In this document: piece after piece, positions 17,212 through 26,869 of the stretch
Layout of the letters: each line of letters starts with the position of its first letter
Numbering within the stretch: position 1 is the first letter of the stretch
Sequence record: ON286972.1
Length of the DNA: 43,765 nt
Reading direction: 5' to 3' (one strand)
Notes under the pieces: model-generated
What the model was told of the DNA's origin: nothing
The model's input: only the letters and a program-made list of their open reading frames with translations
The model's database searches: none
Translations under genes and position numbers: made by a program

Positions 17212-17403
17212 ATGTTGATTTATCAATGTGATAACATTCGTGTTATACAGCATCCCTACTTACAAATCTTTGATGTGCAGCAGTATATGGAAGGTGATGA
17301 CCCAAGAACCTATGGTCGTAAGTATGATTACTTCACTGTAAAGCAGTGTCGTAACATCAAAGAAGTACGACAATTAGTTCAAGAACTTCAAAATAAAGGT
17401 TGA
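17212..17403 (+). CDS. hypothetical protein
   Basis: GAGGA RBS before ATG 17212; stop lies inside next element. Confidence 0.7.
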   Translation: MLIYQCDNIRVIQHPYLQIFDVQQYMEGDDPRTYGRKYDYFTVKQCRNIKEVRQLVQELQNKG

Positions 17404-17429
17404 CTTCGGTCAGCCTTTTTTGTTATAAT
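17394..17429 (+). promoter_or_regulatory. fused terminator/promoter element (copy 3)
   Basis: AAAGGTTGAC-TTCG-GTCAGCCTTTTTT-GT-TATAAT. Confidence 0.9.
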
Positions 17430-17458
17430 CATTTCATCTACTACTGGGGATTTTAATT

Positions 17459-17899
17459 ATGTATGTATATCGTTTTGAACTTAAATTCAGTTATATTGAA
17501 CCTAACTTAGATCCTGCAAAAACAGTAGGACCGTTCGCACGGTACTCTTCGCGATACAGTACTAAAAATGGATTTGAACGTTTGTGTATGACTACACCTT
17601 CGCAATTCCAACCTGAGCCAACTGAAGATGGGATATATTCAATCAAACGTGGCTGGGTATTTGGTTGTCAGAGTTTGAATGATTTGTTTAAGTTCTTTAC
17701 TATGGACTTGGGTAAATTACATCGTGCAGGGTTCGCTGTATCAGTATATGAAGTTCCTGATAACCATGTAGACATTGGACATAACCAAGTGCAGTACTAT
17801 TGTGGTAGTGCAAAACTACTTCGTATTATGTCAGTAAAGGAAGCTAAAGAAGAATTTCGTGCTACAAGATTTAATAAGGAAGAGATGGCATATGAATAA
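17459..17899 (+). CDS. phage hypothetical protein, possible ADP-ribosyltransferase-like fold
   Basis: VYR..GPF, FGCQS, GF.VSVYEV..V.IG..QV pattern; fold call is weak. Confidence 0.4.
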   Translation: MYVYRFELKFSYIEPNLDPAKTVGPFARYSSRYSTKNGFERLCMTTPSQFQPEPTEDGIYSIKRGWVFGCQSLNDLFKFFTMDLGKLHRAGFAVSVYEVPDNHVDIGHNQVQYYCGSAKLLRIMSVKEAKEEFRATRFNKEEMAYE

Positions 17900-18248
17900 A
17901 ACATCAACACGATTTGCAAAGTACTTGAGTTATGAAATACCACAAGATCCGTATTTCGACCAACGTGACGATGAAGATTACATAAAGTTAACTCGTGAAC
18001 TACGAAATAAGTTCCAACAGATTTTAAGTTCATACACTAATACACATCCACATTTAAAGTACTTCATTAAGGCAGATATAGATTCAGATGATTCTGAACT
18101 ATCATTCCTTGAATACACAGTTGAGTGTGTTGGGTATGTACCTGATAATAGTGTAATTAATCACAACAAAATAAAGTTCGACTTGTACGTTATTTGTGTT
18201 ATAATGAACTTAATTGCACAAATGAACAACTATTCAATAGGGGATTAA
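17892..18248 (+). CDS. hypothetical protein
   Basis: ATG 17892 overlapping upstream stop. Confidence 0.65.
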   Translation: MNKTSTRFAKYLSYEIPQDPYFDQRDDEDYIKLTRELRNKFQQILSSYTNTHPHLKYFIKADIDSDDSELSFLEYTVECVGYVPDNSVINHNKIKFDLYVICVIMNLIAQMNNYSIGD

Positions 18249-18512
18249 ATGAAACTGAAATTGAACTATCATGGTTTTCGTCTGCGTGATGATGTGGAGT
18301 TCCTTCGTCGCACACCAGGTGCTGAATTGTTTTTAACTGAAATGGGTGTCCCATTTAAAGTCGAGCACATTGGTGACAATGACTGCCTGGTATATGATAA
18401 TCAACCAGATATCAACGTTCCGTGGTATTCTGAACATATGTACATTGATATGGCGGCTCGCTACAACTGTACGTTTGAAATTACATCTAAAGGTATTGCT
18501 ATTCAATTCTAA
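18249..18512 (+). CDS. hypothetical protein
   Basis: GGGGA RBS. Confidence 0.7.
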   Translation: MKLKLNYHGFRLRDDVEFLRRTPGAELFLTEMGVPFKVEHIGDNDCLVYDNQPDINVPWYSEHMYIDMAARYNCTFEITSKGIAIQF

Positions 18513-18533
18513 TAGTCTGATGGACACGAGTAA

Positions 18534-18758
18534 ATGAAATACATGCTGGTGGCATTAATGTTTGTGAGCACTATAGTACAGGCCAGAATCAAGTACTTTG
18601 TGAAGTGTACAAACGTTAGCGGTGGCTACACAGAGACATATCAGGGTAAGTCGGTTAAGATGGCAATACACAATGATAGAGGAACAGTGATTTTCCTTGT
18701 GAATGATATAATCATTTTGTACAAACCAGATGTACCATGTGAAGTAAAAAGATATTAA
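18534..18758 (+). CDS. small secreted protein
   Basis: signal peptide, two Cys. Confidence 0.65.
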   Translation: MKYMLVALMFVSTIVQARIKYFVKCTNVSGGYTETYQGKSVKMAIHNDRGTVIFLVNDIIILYKPDVPCEVKRY

Positions 18759-18763
18759 ACTAC

Positions 18764-18795
18764 GGGGTTGACATAAGTCAGCCCTTTTGTATAAT
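18764..18795 (+). promoter_or_regulatory. fused terminator/promoter element (copy 4)
   Basis: GGGGTTGAC-ATAA-GTCAGCCCTTTT-G-TATAAT. Confidence 0.85.
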
Positions 18796-18803
18796 GGTGA
18801 CTT

Positions 18804-19382
18804 ATGAACCGTAAAGGTAAGTTTAAAGTATCAAAGAAGAATAAAAGTGGAAGGTTCAATGATATATGCTTAGGTTTTATCAAAGCACACAATAAACTTT
18901 CTGCCCTGAGTAGAAAGATAGTATCTAACAAGATTGATATTAGATATATAAGTACTAACAATAGTACAGGGAAAGATGCACATCCAACTGAAAATATTAT
19001 TTCAGTATCCTTCGTATACGATGGTCTGGACATTACGATAGATGATTACAGACGATACGGTACTGGGTTTATACGTATCTATTGCAGAGATGCATCTGAT
19101 AAGCCGGAACGTATTCGTATTATCGGTACATTGAGTGCTGGTATATTTGAGTGGGAGATTGTTCAACTTAAAACTATCGATGAGTACACCACAAGTTCTA
19201 ATATTATTGAGTTGAATTGCAATGTGAAAGACCTCCCAAACTTGAGCGAAGAAGAATATTTTCAAGAAAGCTTGCTAACGCCAAATTTGGATGATATAAT
19301 TAAACAATATAAGACGATGGTGTACTTCTTCAAATGTATCAAACCTAAGACTTGTTTGATGAATATTGTCCGTGATCTATAA
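18804..19382 (+). CDS. hypothetical protein (EExxFQxSL family)
   Basis: motif SEEEYFQESL. Confidence 0.7.
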   Translation: MNRKGKFKVSKKNKSGRFNDICLGFIKAHNKLSALSRKIVSNKIDIRYISTNNSTGKDAHPTENIISVSFVYDGLDITIDDYRRYGTGFIRIYCRDASDKPERIRIIGTLSAGIFEWEIVQLKTIDEYTTSSNIIELNCNVKDLPNLSEEEYFQESLLTPNLDDIIKQYKTMVYFFKCIKPKTCLMNIVRDL

Positions 19383-19393
19383 CAGGAAAAAAT

Positions 19394-19825
19394 ATGTGGG
19401 TTAACGTTAATAGTACTGAACTTAATGAAATTGATATCTTTGCATTTGTTAATCTGGAAACTGATACCTTTGTTCGTGGACGTTTGTTCATGAGTTCTGC
19501 CTGTGTTCGCAGTATTGCAGTTATGGATGAACTCGGTCAGGTAATTGAGTGCCTACCATTACCTGCATGGGCATATAGCAGTACTGAAGAAGATGTAATG
19601 CAAAAGATCTTTGAAGGGATCAATAAGCTACCAGGTGCAGATGTGAAGAATAAGATATTCAACATTGAGAATAAGAACTACAGTGCAGATGTATTGCGTC
19701 CTTTAGTGGATTCAGTACTACAAGCTGCATTAGCTAAACCTAAGTGCATTATTTTAAAGTACATTCCAGAACTTTCCCTAACTAAAGAGGATATGAAAGG
19801 ATTTATATTCTCATCGGAGTTGTGA
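19394..19825 (+). CDS. hypothetical protein
   Basis: AGGA RBS. Confidence 0.75.
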   Translation: MWVNVNSTELNEIDIFAFVNLETDTFVRGRLFMSSACVRSIAVMDELGQVIECLPLPAWAYSSTEEDVMQKIFEGINKLPGADVKNKIFNIENKNYSADVLRPLVDSVLQAALAKPKCIILKYIPELSLTKEDMKGFIFSSEL

Positions 19826-20049
19826 TGAAAAGGTATAAAATTGAATACCTACTTAAAGTAAGAGAGAAAAGTATTAGTAGTGAGAAATACACCAGTGAGA
19901 TATTCGTCAGAGATGAGTATTACATTGGTGAAAATGAAGTTGAAGTACTGTTACAATGCATAGAAAATGAATTTCAAGATATGACACGTTATATGTCATT
20001 TGAGATATCGTGTGCAAAAGTTACATTCTTGAACAATACTTCATATTAA
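19822..20049 (+). CDS. hypothetical protein
   Basis: GTGA coupling, GGAG RBS. Confidence 0.65.
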   Translation: MMKRYKIEYLLKVREKSISSEKYTSEIFVRDEYYIGENEVEVLLQCIENEFQDMTRYMSFEISCAKVTFLNNTSY

Positions 20050-20093
20050 AAAAGGGTTGACTTTTGTTGACCCTTTTTGCTATTCTATAAATA
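20048..20093 (+). promoter_or_regulatory. hairpin element (copy 5) followed by T4-late-type TATAAATA
   Basis: AAAAAGGGTTGAC-TTTT-GTTGACCCTTTTT; TATAAATA at 20086-20093. Confidence 0.75.
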
Positions 20094-20139
20094 TAGACAT
20101 AGAGAATATATAACATGAAATCTATGGAGAGAAATCAAA

Positions 20140-21678
20140 ATGCCAGGTAAATTCACTGACAAAAACGGCGGCAATATGGCTGGACACTCTGATAAATGGA
20201 GTGATGAGAATCGTCGCAAAAATAGTTTCCAAGCGGGGCAAGGTTCCCGTGGCTCTCGCAACCAAGGAACGGGAGAAGCTGGGAAAGCAAACACAGTTGC
20301 ATCACAGGGTCTTGATACTTCAAACATGTCCCAGCATGAAAAATTGAAGTACTTCAATAGTCTTGGTCTTTTAAATCCGCAGCAGAAGCAACAACTTGCT
20401 GCACTGGATAAAGCACAAGAACAACCTAAAGCAGCACCAGAAGCACCTGCACAGCCTAAAGCGGCTAATCCGGTAAAAGAACTAAGTGATAAACTTGGGA
20501 AGATCTTTGCTAACAAACCACAACTAATTCAAGGTATCGTAAAAGCACTTCAAGCGGTTCCTAAAGAACAACTCAAGGATAAAGCACAAGCTGTTCTTGA
20601 TAGTATGAAAGGGAATACCAGTACTGAACCAACTGAAGTATTCAGTACTATCATGCGTGCACTTGAAGGTAAGCCACAGGCTGATGATGATATTGAGTTT
20701 GATGAACCTGCACAAGAAGTAGCAAATCTTGACTCAATCGTTTCTACATTTGGAAAAATTGGTGCAGAAGATAAGACTAATGCACAACAAGTTAAGAATG
20801 TACAAGCTAAGTTACAAAATCGTCTTGAAGGTAAAGATGAAAAGATTAAACTTGCAGCAGATGCGTTGAAGAAAGCATTAGAATCATATAAACCTGGTGA
20901 GAAATCTCGCTTCATTACTGCAATGAATGCAGTATTCGGTGCAATGAAGAAGTATGAAGCTGAACACGGTGAGAAAGTAACTCCTGATGGATATCTCCTT
21001 CGCAAAGATGAAGAAGGTGCTGTTGACCAGAAGGACGCTGAACCAGACTATGGTAATTTACCAGATACAGTTGATATGGATGGTTACATTCATCGTCCTG
21101 ATATGCAAGAATTTGGTTCAGACAAAGAAGGTTTTGAACATGCTATGGCTGTGTACAAAGCATTAGTCGATAATCCACAATATGCAAATAGTTTTGTAGA
21201 TGAGTTTGATAGTGCATGGAACAACTACCAAGACAAAGGATATGATTTCCCAGCAGAAGCAGCATTCTTTGAACTAGGTAAACTTCTTGCTAAAAATGGT
21301 ATTAATGTTGGTTCTAATGGTGAAGCAAACACTTCAGAAATGGACGCTGAATTGGCTAAAGATCGTGAAATGACTGATAAGTCAATTCATGAACTACAAA
21401 AGCTAATGATGTGGATTGCTGAAATTGGCAAGAAAGCTGGTGCAGATCCTAAGAGCATTAACAGCAATATTAGTTGGATTAAACATAAGGTTGATAACAA
21501 TGCCCGTAAATTACAAAAGGCATGGACCGACCTAGTGAATGGTGCAGACGATGTTGATATCGATTCACCAGAAGCATACGAGTACGCATTGAACACACTT
21601 GATAACTCTTTCAAGGATTACGAAAATGGTAACGTAACTGATTGGGAAAAGGATATCATGCATAAGTACGGTAAATGA
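20140..21678 (+). CDS. 512-aa charged, low-complexity protein; candidate late/virion-internal protein
   Basis: long ORF, GGAG RBS, perfect TATAAATA upstream, high-expression-like codon use. Confidence 0.55.
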   Translation: MPGKFTDKNGGNMAGHSDKWSDENRRKNSFQAGQGSRGSRNQGTGEAGKANTVASQGLDTSNMSQHEKLKYFNSLGLLNPQQKQQLAALDKAQEQPKAAPEAPAQPKAANPVKELSDKLGKIFANKPQLIQGIVKALQAVPKEQLKDKAQAVLDSMKGNTSTEPTEVFSTIMRALEGKPQADDDIEFDEPAQEVANLDSIVSTFGKIGAEDKTNAQQVKNVQAKLQNRLEGKDEKIKLAADALKKALESYKPGEKSRFITAMNAVFGAMKKYEAEHGEKVTPDGYLLRKDEEGAVDQKDAEPDYGNLPDTVDMDGYIHRPDMQEFGSDKEGFEHAMAVYKALVDNPQYANSFVDEFDSAWNNYQDKGYDFPAEAAFFELGKLLAKNGINVGSNGEANTSEMDAELAKDREMTDKSIHELQKLMMWIAEIGKKAGADPKSINSNISWIKHKVDNNARKLQKAWTDLVNGADDVDIDSPEAYEYALNTLDNSFKDYENGNVTDWEKDIMHKYGK

Positions 21679-21680
21679 TA

Positions 21681-21720
21681 AAAAAAGAGGTTGACTTCGG
21701 TCAGCCTTTTTTGCTATAAT
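21681..21720 (+). promoter_or_regulatory. fused terminator/promoter element (copy 6)
   Basis: AGAGGTTGAC-TTCG-GTCAGCCTTTTTT-GC-TATAAT. Confidence 0.9.
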
Positions 21721-21748
21721 ACTCTCATAACCTAAAAGGAGAAACTCT

Positions 21749-22024
21749 ATGAACACATACGAACGTTTAGTTGGCTCAATGCGTTATGAAGAAATTTTAA
21801 GTGATATTGAAGAACTGAAAGACTCTAAAAGTTACATCCACTTAGATGAACTTATCGTGAAGTATGGGGAGGTTGGTGCAAAAGAATTAATTTGCTTTAT
21901 GGTTCATGTTCGAAATTTAAATTACTTTGATCTTTCATCGAAGAACGGTGAACCGAATCTTTATTATCTATATTATTTGAAACATAAAGATGCATGTAAT
22001 AAATTATTCTTAGAACTTTTATAA
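21749..22024 (+). CDS. hypothetical protein
   Basis: AAGGAG RBS. Confidence 0.75.
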   Translation: MNTYERLVGSMRYEEILSDIEELKDSKSYIHLDELIVKYGEVGAKELICFMVHVRNLNYFDLSSKNGEPNLYYLYYLKHKDACNKLFLELL

Positions 22025-22037
22025 CTGGAGATATCTA

Positions 22038-22298
22038 ATGCAAAACCCTGAATTGAAAATGTTTACACAAATCCGTCTTGCTCGTGTTGAACATGACACT
22101 AACTATGTACTGAACGATGGTCCTCCACAACGCGTTGAAGTTGGTTATATTGACGTTGATAATTCACAATCTCTTCTGATTACCATTGGTTCTAACTCTT
22201 ACAGTGTTGCTACACTGGAGAGTGTATTGTCCCTGGCACAATCCGCAAGGATTGCCCGTAACGCTCTTATGAACTGTGATGAACCTGATAATGAATGA
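22038..22298 (+). CDS. hypothetical protein
   Basis: GGAG RBS. Confidence 0.75.
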   Translation: MQNPELKMFTQIRLARVEHDTNYVLNDGPPQRVEVGYIDVDNSQSLLITIGSNSYSVATLESVLSLAQSARIARNALMNCDEPDNE

Positions 22299-22629
22299 TT
22301 ATATGTATGAATTAAACCTGGTATCGTTTATCGTATCAGGACTAGGATGGATGTACTATATGCTTGGGTATATTTTATTATTCTTCCGATACAATACATT
22401 CTACAAACGCTATTGGGATGATGCACCAATTCACTTCTTCGCATTTGTATTCTTAACTATGGCAGTGGGTGAAGTACTGCTAACTGGTATCCAAAGTACT
22501 GGTGGAATGATGTGCACACTAACAACATTCTTTGTTGTTTTTGGGACTGTAGTTTGGTTTTTCGCGTGGGGACTCTTCTCTTTGATTATGAAACTTGAGA
22601 AACTCCGAGACAAATTACCAGAGCGTTGA
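22291..22629 (+). CDS. 3-TM membrane protein, similar to the 27.9-30.4 kb array
   Basis: LLFFRY after TM1, ends KLRDKLPER. Confidence 0.65.
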   Translation: MNDYMYELNLVSFIVSGLGWMYYMLGYILLFFRYNTFYKRYWDDAPIHFFAFVFLTMAVGEVLLTGIQSTGGMMCTLTTFFVVFGTVVWFFAWGLFSLIMKLEKLRDKLPER

Positions 22630-22639
22630 TGAAAAGTAT

Positions 22640-22667
22640 TTGACAAACTCAACTAGTACTGTATAAT
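22640..22667 (+). promoter_or_regulatory. sigma70 promoter
   Basis: TTGACA-16-TATAAT with AGTACT in spacer; short leader hairpin GGGATGA/TCATCCC downstream. Confidence 0.8.
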
Positions 22668-22714
22668 GTTTATCAAGGGGATGAACTTCTCATCCCTACA
22701 ATCGAGGAACTACC

Positions 22715-23266
22715 ATGATTACTTTTAAGAAAACTGCCAACCACATCCATGAAATTTACATTAACGGTCACAAAGCTGGCCTTCTTCGTTTACTCGCCCA
22801 TCATCCTGATGTTACCGTATCTGATAATGAACCTAAAGATTGGCGTGTATTTTTCTTTGGAAAGTACAGTGATTTTCAAGTATCAAACCTGAAGAACATT
22901 CGTTCAGTATGCACGTTAACTGAAATTAAAGAAAAGTTAACCAAAGCATTGAAAACTAATCCAGATGGTGTTCTTCCACCTGATAACTTTGTAGAGAAAG
23001 GATATGCCTTAGCTCATTTCAAAGATGGTACTATTCAATCTATCAGTACTGAATATGAATACCAATGGACTGAGTACTTCACTTATGGCTCCCGTAATAC
23101 TTTGATGGCTTCACGTAGTAAATTGGAAGAAGTACTGACTCGTATGAATGAACGCGAGCGTCAGTACTATGAACCAGAAATGTGGAGTTCAACTTACATT
23201 GACCGTATTGACTATGTTATGATGACTCCAATCTTTGACACTGCTTACTATGATTCTTTGAAATAA
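22715..23266 (+). CDS. hypothetical protein
   Basis: GAGGA RBS. Confidence 0.8.
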   Translation: MITFKKTANHIHEIYINGHKAGLLRLLAHHPDVTVSDNEPKDWRVFFFGKYSDFQVSNLKNIRSVCTLTEIKEKLTKALKTNPDGVLPPDNFVEKGYALAHFKDGTIQSISTEYEYQWTEYFTYGSRNTLMASRSKLEEVLTRMNERERQYYEPEMWSSTYIDRIDYVMMTPIFDTAYYDSLK

Positions 23267-23277
23267 GGATAACTTAT

Positions 23278-23454
23278 ATGAAACTACGTACTCGCAATCG
23301 ACTGATGGATGCCCTATATCATGAACAGTGTTCATTAAATGAAGTAAAGCGTCAGTTAATGTACACATATCAGTTACCCGCTCGTGTTGCAAAACAACGT
23401 GCTAACGAATTGCTGAAAGAAGCAATCGAGTACTGGGAATCTGATTCGTACTAA
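23278..23454 (+). CDS. hypothetical protein (58 aa, not in ORF track)
   Basis: AAGGA RBS; MKLRTRNRLMDALYHEQ... Confidence 0.7.
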   Translation: MKLRTRNRLMDALYHEQCSLNEVKRQLMYTYQLPARVAKQRANELLKEAIEYWESDSY

Positions 23455-23493
23455 TATTACGTGATATGTCACGTTAATTAAGTGAGGCGATAA

Positions 23494-23745
23494 ATGAAAA
23501 TATTATTAGTTCTAATACTACTAATTGTTTTACCATTTACTTTAGTATCCCCTGAACTTGCATGGAATGTGTTTGTGTACTTAGTATGTACTATTGTAGT
23601 AAATGGTATCTTGTTCTTAGTTCTATTCATAAATGGAATAGGACACGGTGGAGGATGGACCAGTACTGCTGATATTGTACATAAAACCACTATGTCTTTA
23701 TTTGTAGTGTGGAATTTATTCTGGACTTGGTTTGTGTTCTTCTAA
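23494..23745 (+). CDS. membrane protein
   Basis: GAGG RBS; hydrophobic. Confidence 0.7.
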   Translation: MKILLVLILLIVLPFTLVSPELAWNVFVYLVCTIVVNGILFLVLFINGIGHGGGWTSTADIVHKTTMSLFVVWNLFWTWFVFF

Positions 23746-23754
23746 TTAAAAAAT

Positions 23755-24126
23755 ATGAATATAGATTTGAAAGGTGCAACACGAACTGTCATACTCATTG
23801 GGGAATATGCTATCAAGATTCCAACCTTCAAAAGCTGGAAGTTATTCCTAACTGGAATGATAGCTAACCTCAATGAACGCTCATGGATGCAGTACTCCAA
23901 GCGTAGTGACAGTGGGATATGTCCTACTCTGTGGTCATCGCGAACTGGCTTAATAACAGTACAGAAACGTTGTAAGCCAGTACAACATAGGGGTTTGTTT
24001 TGGGTGGAGTTGAGTGCATTAGCATTGAATTCAGAGTTGAGTACTGACTTCTTCTATTCAGATGCGAAGCCAGAAAACTTTGGATATTTGAATGGTAAGT
24101 TAGTTAAGCTTGATTATGGAGATTAA
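23755..24126 (+). CDS. minimal protein-kinase-like protein
   Basis: GATRTV (Gly loop), AIK, NLNE, DAKPEN catalytic loop, DYG. Confidence 0.7.
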   Translation: MNIDLKGATRTVILIGEYAIKIPTFKSWKLFLTGMIANLNERSWMQYSKRSDSGICPTLWSSRTGLITVQKRCKPVQHRGLFWVELSALALNSELSTDFFYSDAKPENFGYLNGKLVKLDYGD

Positions 24127-24147
24127 TATGTACGCATTGTATAATAA

Positions 24148-24186
24148 AGAAAAGGATTGACTTCAGTCAGCCCTTTTTTCTATAAT
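24148..24186 (+). promoter_or_regulatory. fused terminator/promoter element (copy 7)
   Basis: AAAAGGATTGAC-TTCA-GTCAGCCCTTTTTT-C-TATAAT. Confidence 0.85.
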
Positions 24187-24214
24187 CATTTCATCGAAAC
24201 GAGAGGATGAATAC

Positions 24215-24652
24215 ATGACACGCATTAACTTAGTACATGTTAAAGAACTTGCTGACCAACATCTGATGGCTGAATATCGTGAACTTCCACGTGTGTTTGG
24301 TGCTGTACAAAAACATGTTCAAGCACGTAAGCGTGTACGTGATTTCAAAATTAACAGTACTTATCTGTTAGGTTCAGGTCATGTAACATTCTTCTACGAC
24401 AAGTTACTATACTTACAGAAGCGTCATATTGATATTGTTAACGAATGTTTGCGTCGTGGTATGAAGATTCAAAACACTGAAGTAAACGACATTAGCGGCT
24501 TCCCTGCTGAGTTTTGTAATGACTACGTACCATCGGAGTCCGAGATTAAAACATCACGCGAGCGTTTGATTGAGAAGCTTCAGATGAAGCCTAAGTGGTA
24601 TAAGTTTACTGATGTTGAGCTACCTATATATTATGTTGATATGATACAATGA
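24215..24652 (+). CDS. denV: pyrimidine dimer DNA glycosylase / endonuclease V
   Basis: [35 protein letters not shown] closely follows T4 DenV. Confidence 0.97.
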   Translation: MTRINLVHVKELADQHLMAEYRELPRVFGAVQKHVQARKRVRDFKINSTYLLGSGHVTFFYDKLLYLQKRHIDIVNECLRRGMKIQNTEVNDISGFPAEFCNDYVPSESEIKTSRERLIEKLQMKPKWYKFTDVELPIYYVDMIQ

Positions 24653-24876
24653 ATGATGAAGAATTCAAAAAATATGCGATTGCGAAGCTTGATTCATACA
24701 AGTCACGCGAAACGTATAAATTTAATCCTGATAAAACAAAAGCATCTATAAGATGGATGATTAATTCACCCAAATATACATTTGACGAAAAATATTCATG
24801 GATAGTGCAATGTAGTGATTATGAGGATTTGGTATATAATATTAAACTGTGTTGGTATGAATACAACAATAAATGA
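24649..24876 (+). CDS. hypothetical protein
   Basis: ATGA coupling. Confidence 0.65.
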   Translation: MNDEEFKKYAIAKLDSYKSRETYKFNPDKTKASIRWMINSPKYTFDEKYSWIVQCSDYEDLVYNIKLCWYEYNNK

Positions 24877-24879
24877 TAT

Positions 24880-24915
24880 AAGGGGTTGACTTCGGTCAGC
24901 CCTTTTTGCTATAAT
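24880..24915 (+). promoter_or_regulatory. fused terminator/promoter element (copy 8)
   Basis: GGGGTTGAC-TTCG-GTCAGCCCTTTTT-GC-TATAAT. Confidence 0.9.
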
Positions 24916-24941
24916 CATTTCATCAAATTAAGAGGTGATAC

Positions 24942-25181
24942 ATGAAACTATCTTTTATACGTTTAGCAGAATTCTTCGGTACTGATATAATTACTTTACA
25001 ACAAATTGCAGACAATACTTCATTAAGTACACAAGAAGTACTTGACTTAGATGTGATAGAGTGTGATAATACTTCTATCGATTATAAAGAAGGTCTTGTC
25101 GAAAAAGATAAGATTCAGGCTAAGATTAATGGTGCTGGACGGGTTCAGTACTGGAAAGGAGTTTTAAGTCATGCCAGCTAA
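24942..25181 (+). CDS. hypothetical protein
   Basis: GAGG RBS. Confidence 0.7.
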   Translation: MKLSFIRLAEFFGTDIITLQQIADNTSLSTQEVLDLDVIECDNTSIDYKEGLVEKDKIQAKINGAGRVQYWKGVLSHAS

Positions 25182-26868
25182 ATTAACCCCTAAACAAGCA
25201 AAAGAAAAATTCAACAAAAAAGTATTAGAACATAACGTTCCAATTGAAGCTGATTATAGTAAGTATGAAAATGCCAAATTAAAAAACATCCAAGTAGTTT
25301 GCAATGATGTATTAAAACACAAATCAGGCATATCACAAATATATCTTATGGATCACGCAAACCTCACACACCCATCCAAAAAATTTGGTTGTCCTGAATG
25401 TGAAGACTGGTATAATGGTCATGCTAAAAGTTTAGATATTTTAATTGTTAGGGAAAGAATTAATTCTTGGATTAGTACTTATGGCGGGATTATTGATACG
25501 GTTAGTGGTGAAGTTGAAGTTTATAAAAATAATTCATCCAAAATACCATATATTTGTAAAAATGGAACTAAAAAAACGCTTACTATTTCTTCACTTGGCG
25601 ATGAAATCGGTTGTAATTGTTCTAAATGTAAAGCTGAATTAATATCAGAAATCGAAGATAACAATGAATATACATCCATGACTACTGTTGATGATTGTGT
25701 TACAATTTCCCATTTTAAATTTGGGGATGATGTTGCATTCTCGTGGATTTCACCATTGGAAATGAAAAAACATGGTTACTGTCTTGCCGAAAAAATGAAA
25801 GAAAAAGCATTGTCGGTTGGTAAAAATATTATTGGATATGCAATATCATCTCTTAGTGAATGGAAAAATGAAAAAACTCCTGTAATAACCGAACACGAAG
25901 GAGTATTATATCGTATTTCCAAAGCATCATATTTGATCAATAATAATATAGTACATAGACCACATTATACAAAAAATAATTTTTTATATTATTTTTACAA
26001 ATGTTCACCTAACAATCAACTTATTACACCAATCCTAATACCTGATGATATTGGTACAAAAAAGAAAATTAAAGTATGTTATAAATCATGTGGGTGTGAA
26101 TATGATATATCTGTGGACGTTATAATGAACAGAAATTTAAAAACTTGTGGAAACTGTAAAAATATAGATACTAATAAATTTATAGAACAGTGCTTGGAGT
26201 TCACTTCAAGTGGAGATTATATCTATGATAGAGTAAACTATATAAATCAAAGTACACCTGTAACTATAGTTCATAAAATTTACGGCGAATTCAAAAGTAC
26301 ACCACAAAATCACTTAATACATTTAAAAAACGGTTTGAAATATGATACAGCTAACTTTAAAATAAAAAATTTAACTCAATTTAAAATTAAAGCAAATGAA
26401 GTTCATAATAACTTATATAATTATGATAAAGTTGATTATGTAAATTCTTCAACGAAAGTATTAATAACTCATCCAGTATATGGAGACTTTTGGCAAACTC
26501 CAGCAAGTCACCTTGGTGGGTGTGGTCATCCACTTGCGGCTGGTCATTCTCAGCAATATGCATATATTCATAATATTTTGGATGGTGTTTTATCTGTAGC
26601 ATTGAAATATGGGATTGAAAAGCAGAAAGGTAAGAGGGTGATGCAGCAAAATAAAAAATCCATGTTTCAAGTTCAATCTCTGTATACTTATTTTTTTCCA
26701 TCTGTATACGAATGTAAGCAAGCTGAAAAAGAATGTAAGAAACTATTTGGTAAAGGTGTTTTAACTAAACAAGAAATGCCAGACGGGTATACTGAAACAA
26801 CTACACCAAACAACATAGATAAAATTATTGCCATCTATGAAAAATGGGGTGGGGTGAAACAAAACTAA
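25171..26868 (+). CDS. free-standing homing endonuclease-like protein (DUF723-type repeats, Zn knuckles, C-terminal GIY-YIG-like domain)
   Basis: YDKVDYVNSSTKVLITHPVYGDFWQTP repeats; CPEC, CSKC, CGNC; YAYI..LKYGI..R..AE..DGYTET. Confidence 0.7.
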   Translation: MPAKLTPKQAKEKFNKKVLEHNVPIEADYSKYENAKLKNIQVVCNDVLKHKSGISQIYLMDHANLTHPSKKFGCPECEDWYNGHAKSLDILIVRERINSWISTYGGIIDTVSGEVEVYKNNSSKIPYICKNGTKKTLTISSLGDEIGCNCSKCKAELISEIEDNNEYTSMTTVDDCVTISHFKFGDDVAFSWISPLEMKKHGYCLAEKMKEKALSVGKNIIGYAISSLSEWKNEKTPVITEHEGVLYRISKASYLINNNIVHRPHYTKNNFLYYFYKCSPNNQLITPILIPDDIGTKKKIKVCYKSCGCEYDISVDVIMNRNLKTCGNCKNIDTNKFIEQCLEFTSSGDYIYDRVNYINQSTPVTIVHKIYGEFKSTPQNHLIHLKNGLKYDTANFKIKNLTQFKIKANEVHNNLYNYDKVDYVNSSTKVLITHPVYGDFWQTPASHLGGCGHPLAAGHSQQYAYIHNILDGVLSVALKYGIEKQKGKRVMQQNKKSMFQVQSLYTYFFPSVYECKQAEKECKKLFGKGVLTKQEMPDGYTETTTPNNIDKIIAIYEKWGGVKQN

Positions 26869-26869
26869 A

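Noticed and set aside
20085-21756. Minus-strand ORFs inside the 512-aa gene (and similar antisense ORFs elsewhere)
   Set aside because: Shadow ORFs arising from biased codon use of the real gene.
23459-23474. ACGTGA-TATG-TCACGT as a CRP site
   Set aside because: Half-site spacing is 4 nt rather than 6 and no promoter is positioned appropriately; it could be a weak hairpin only.
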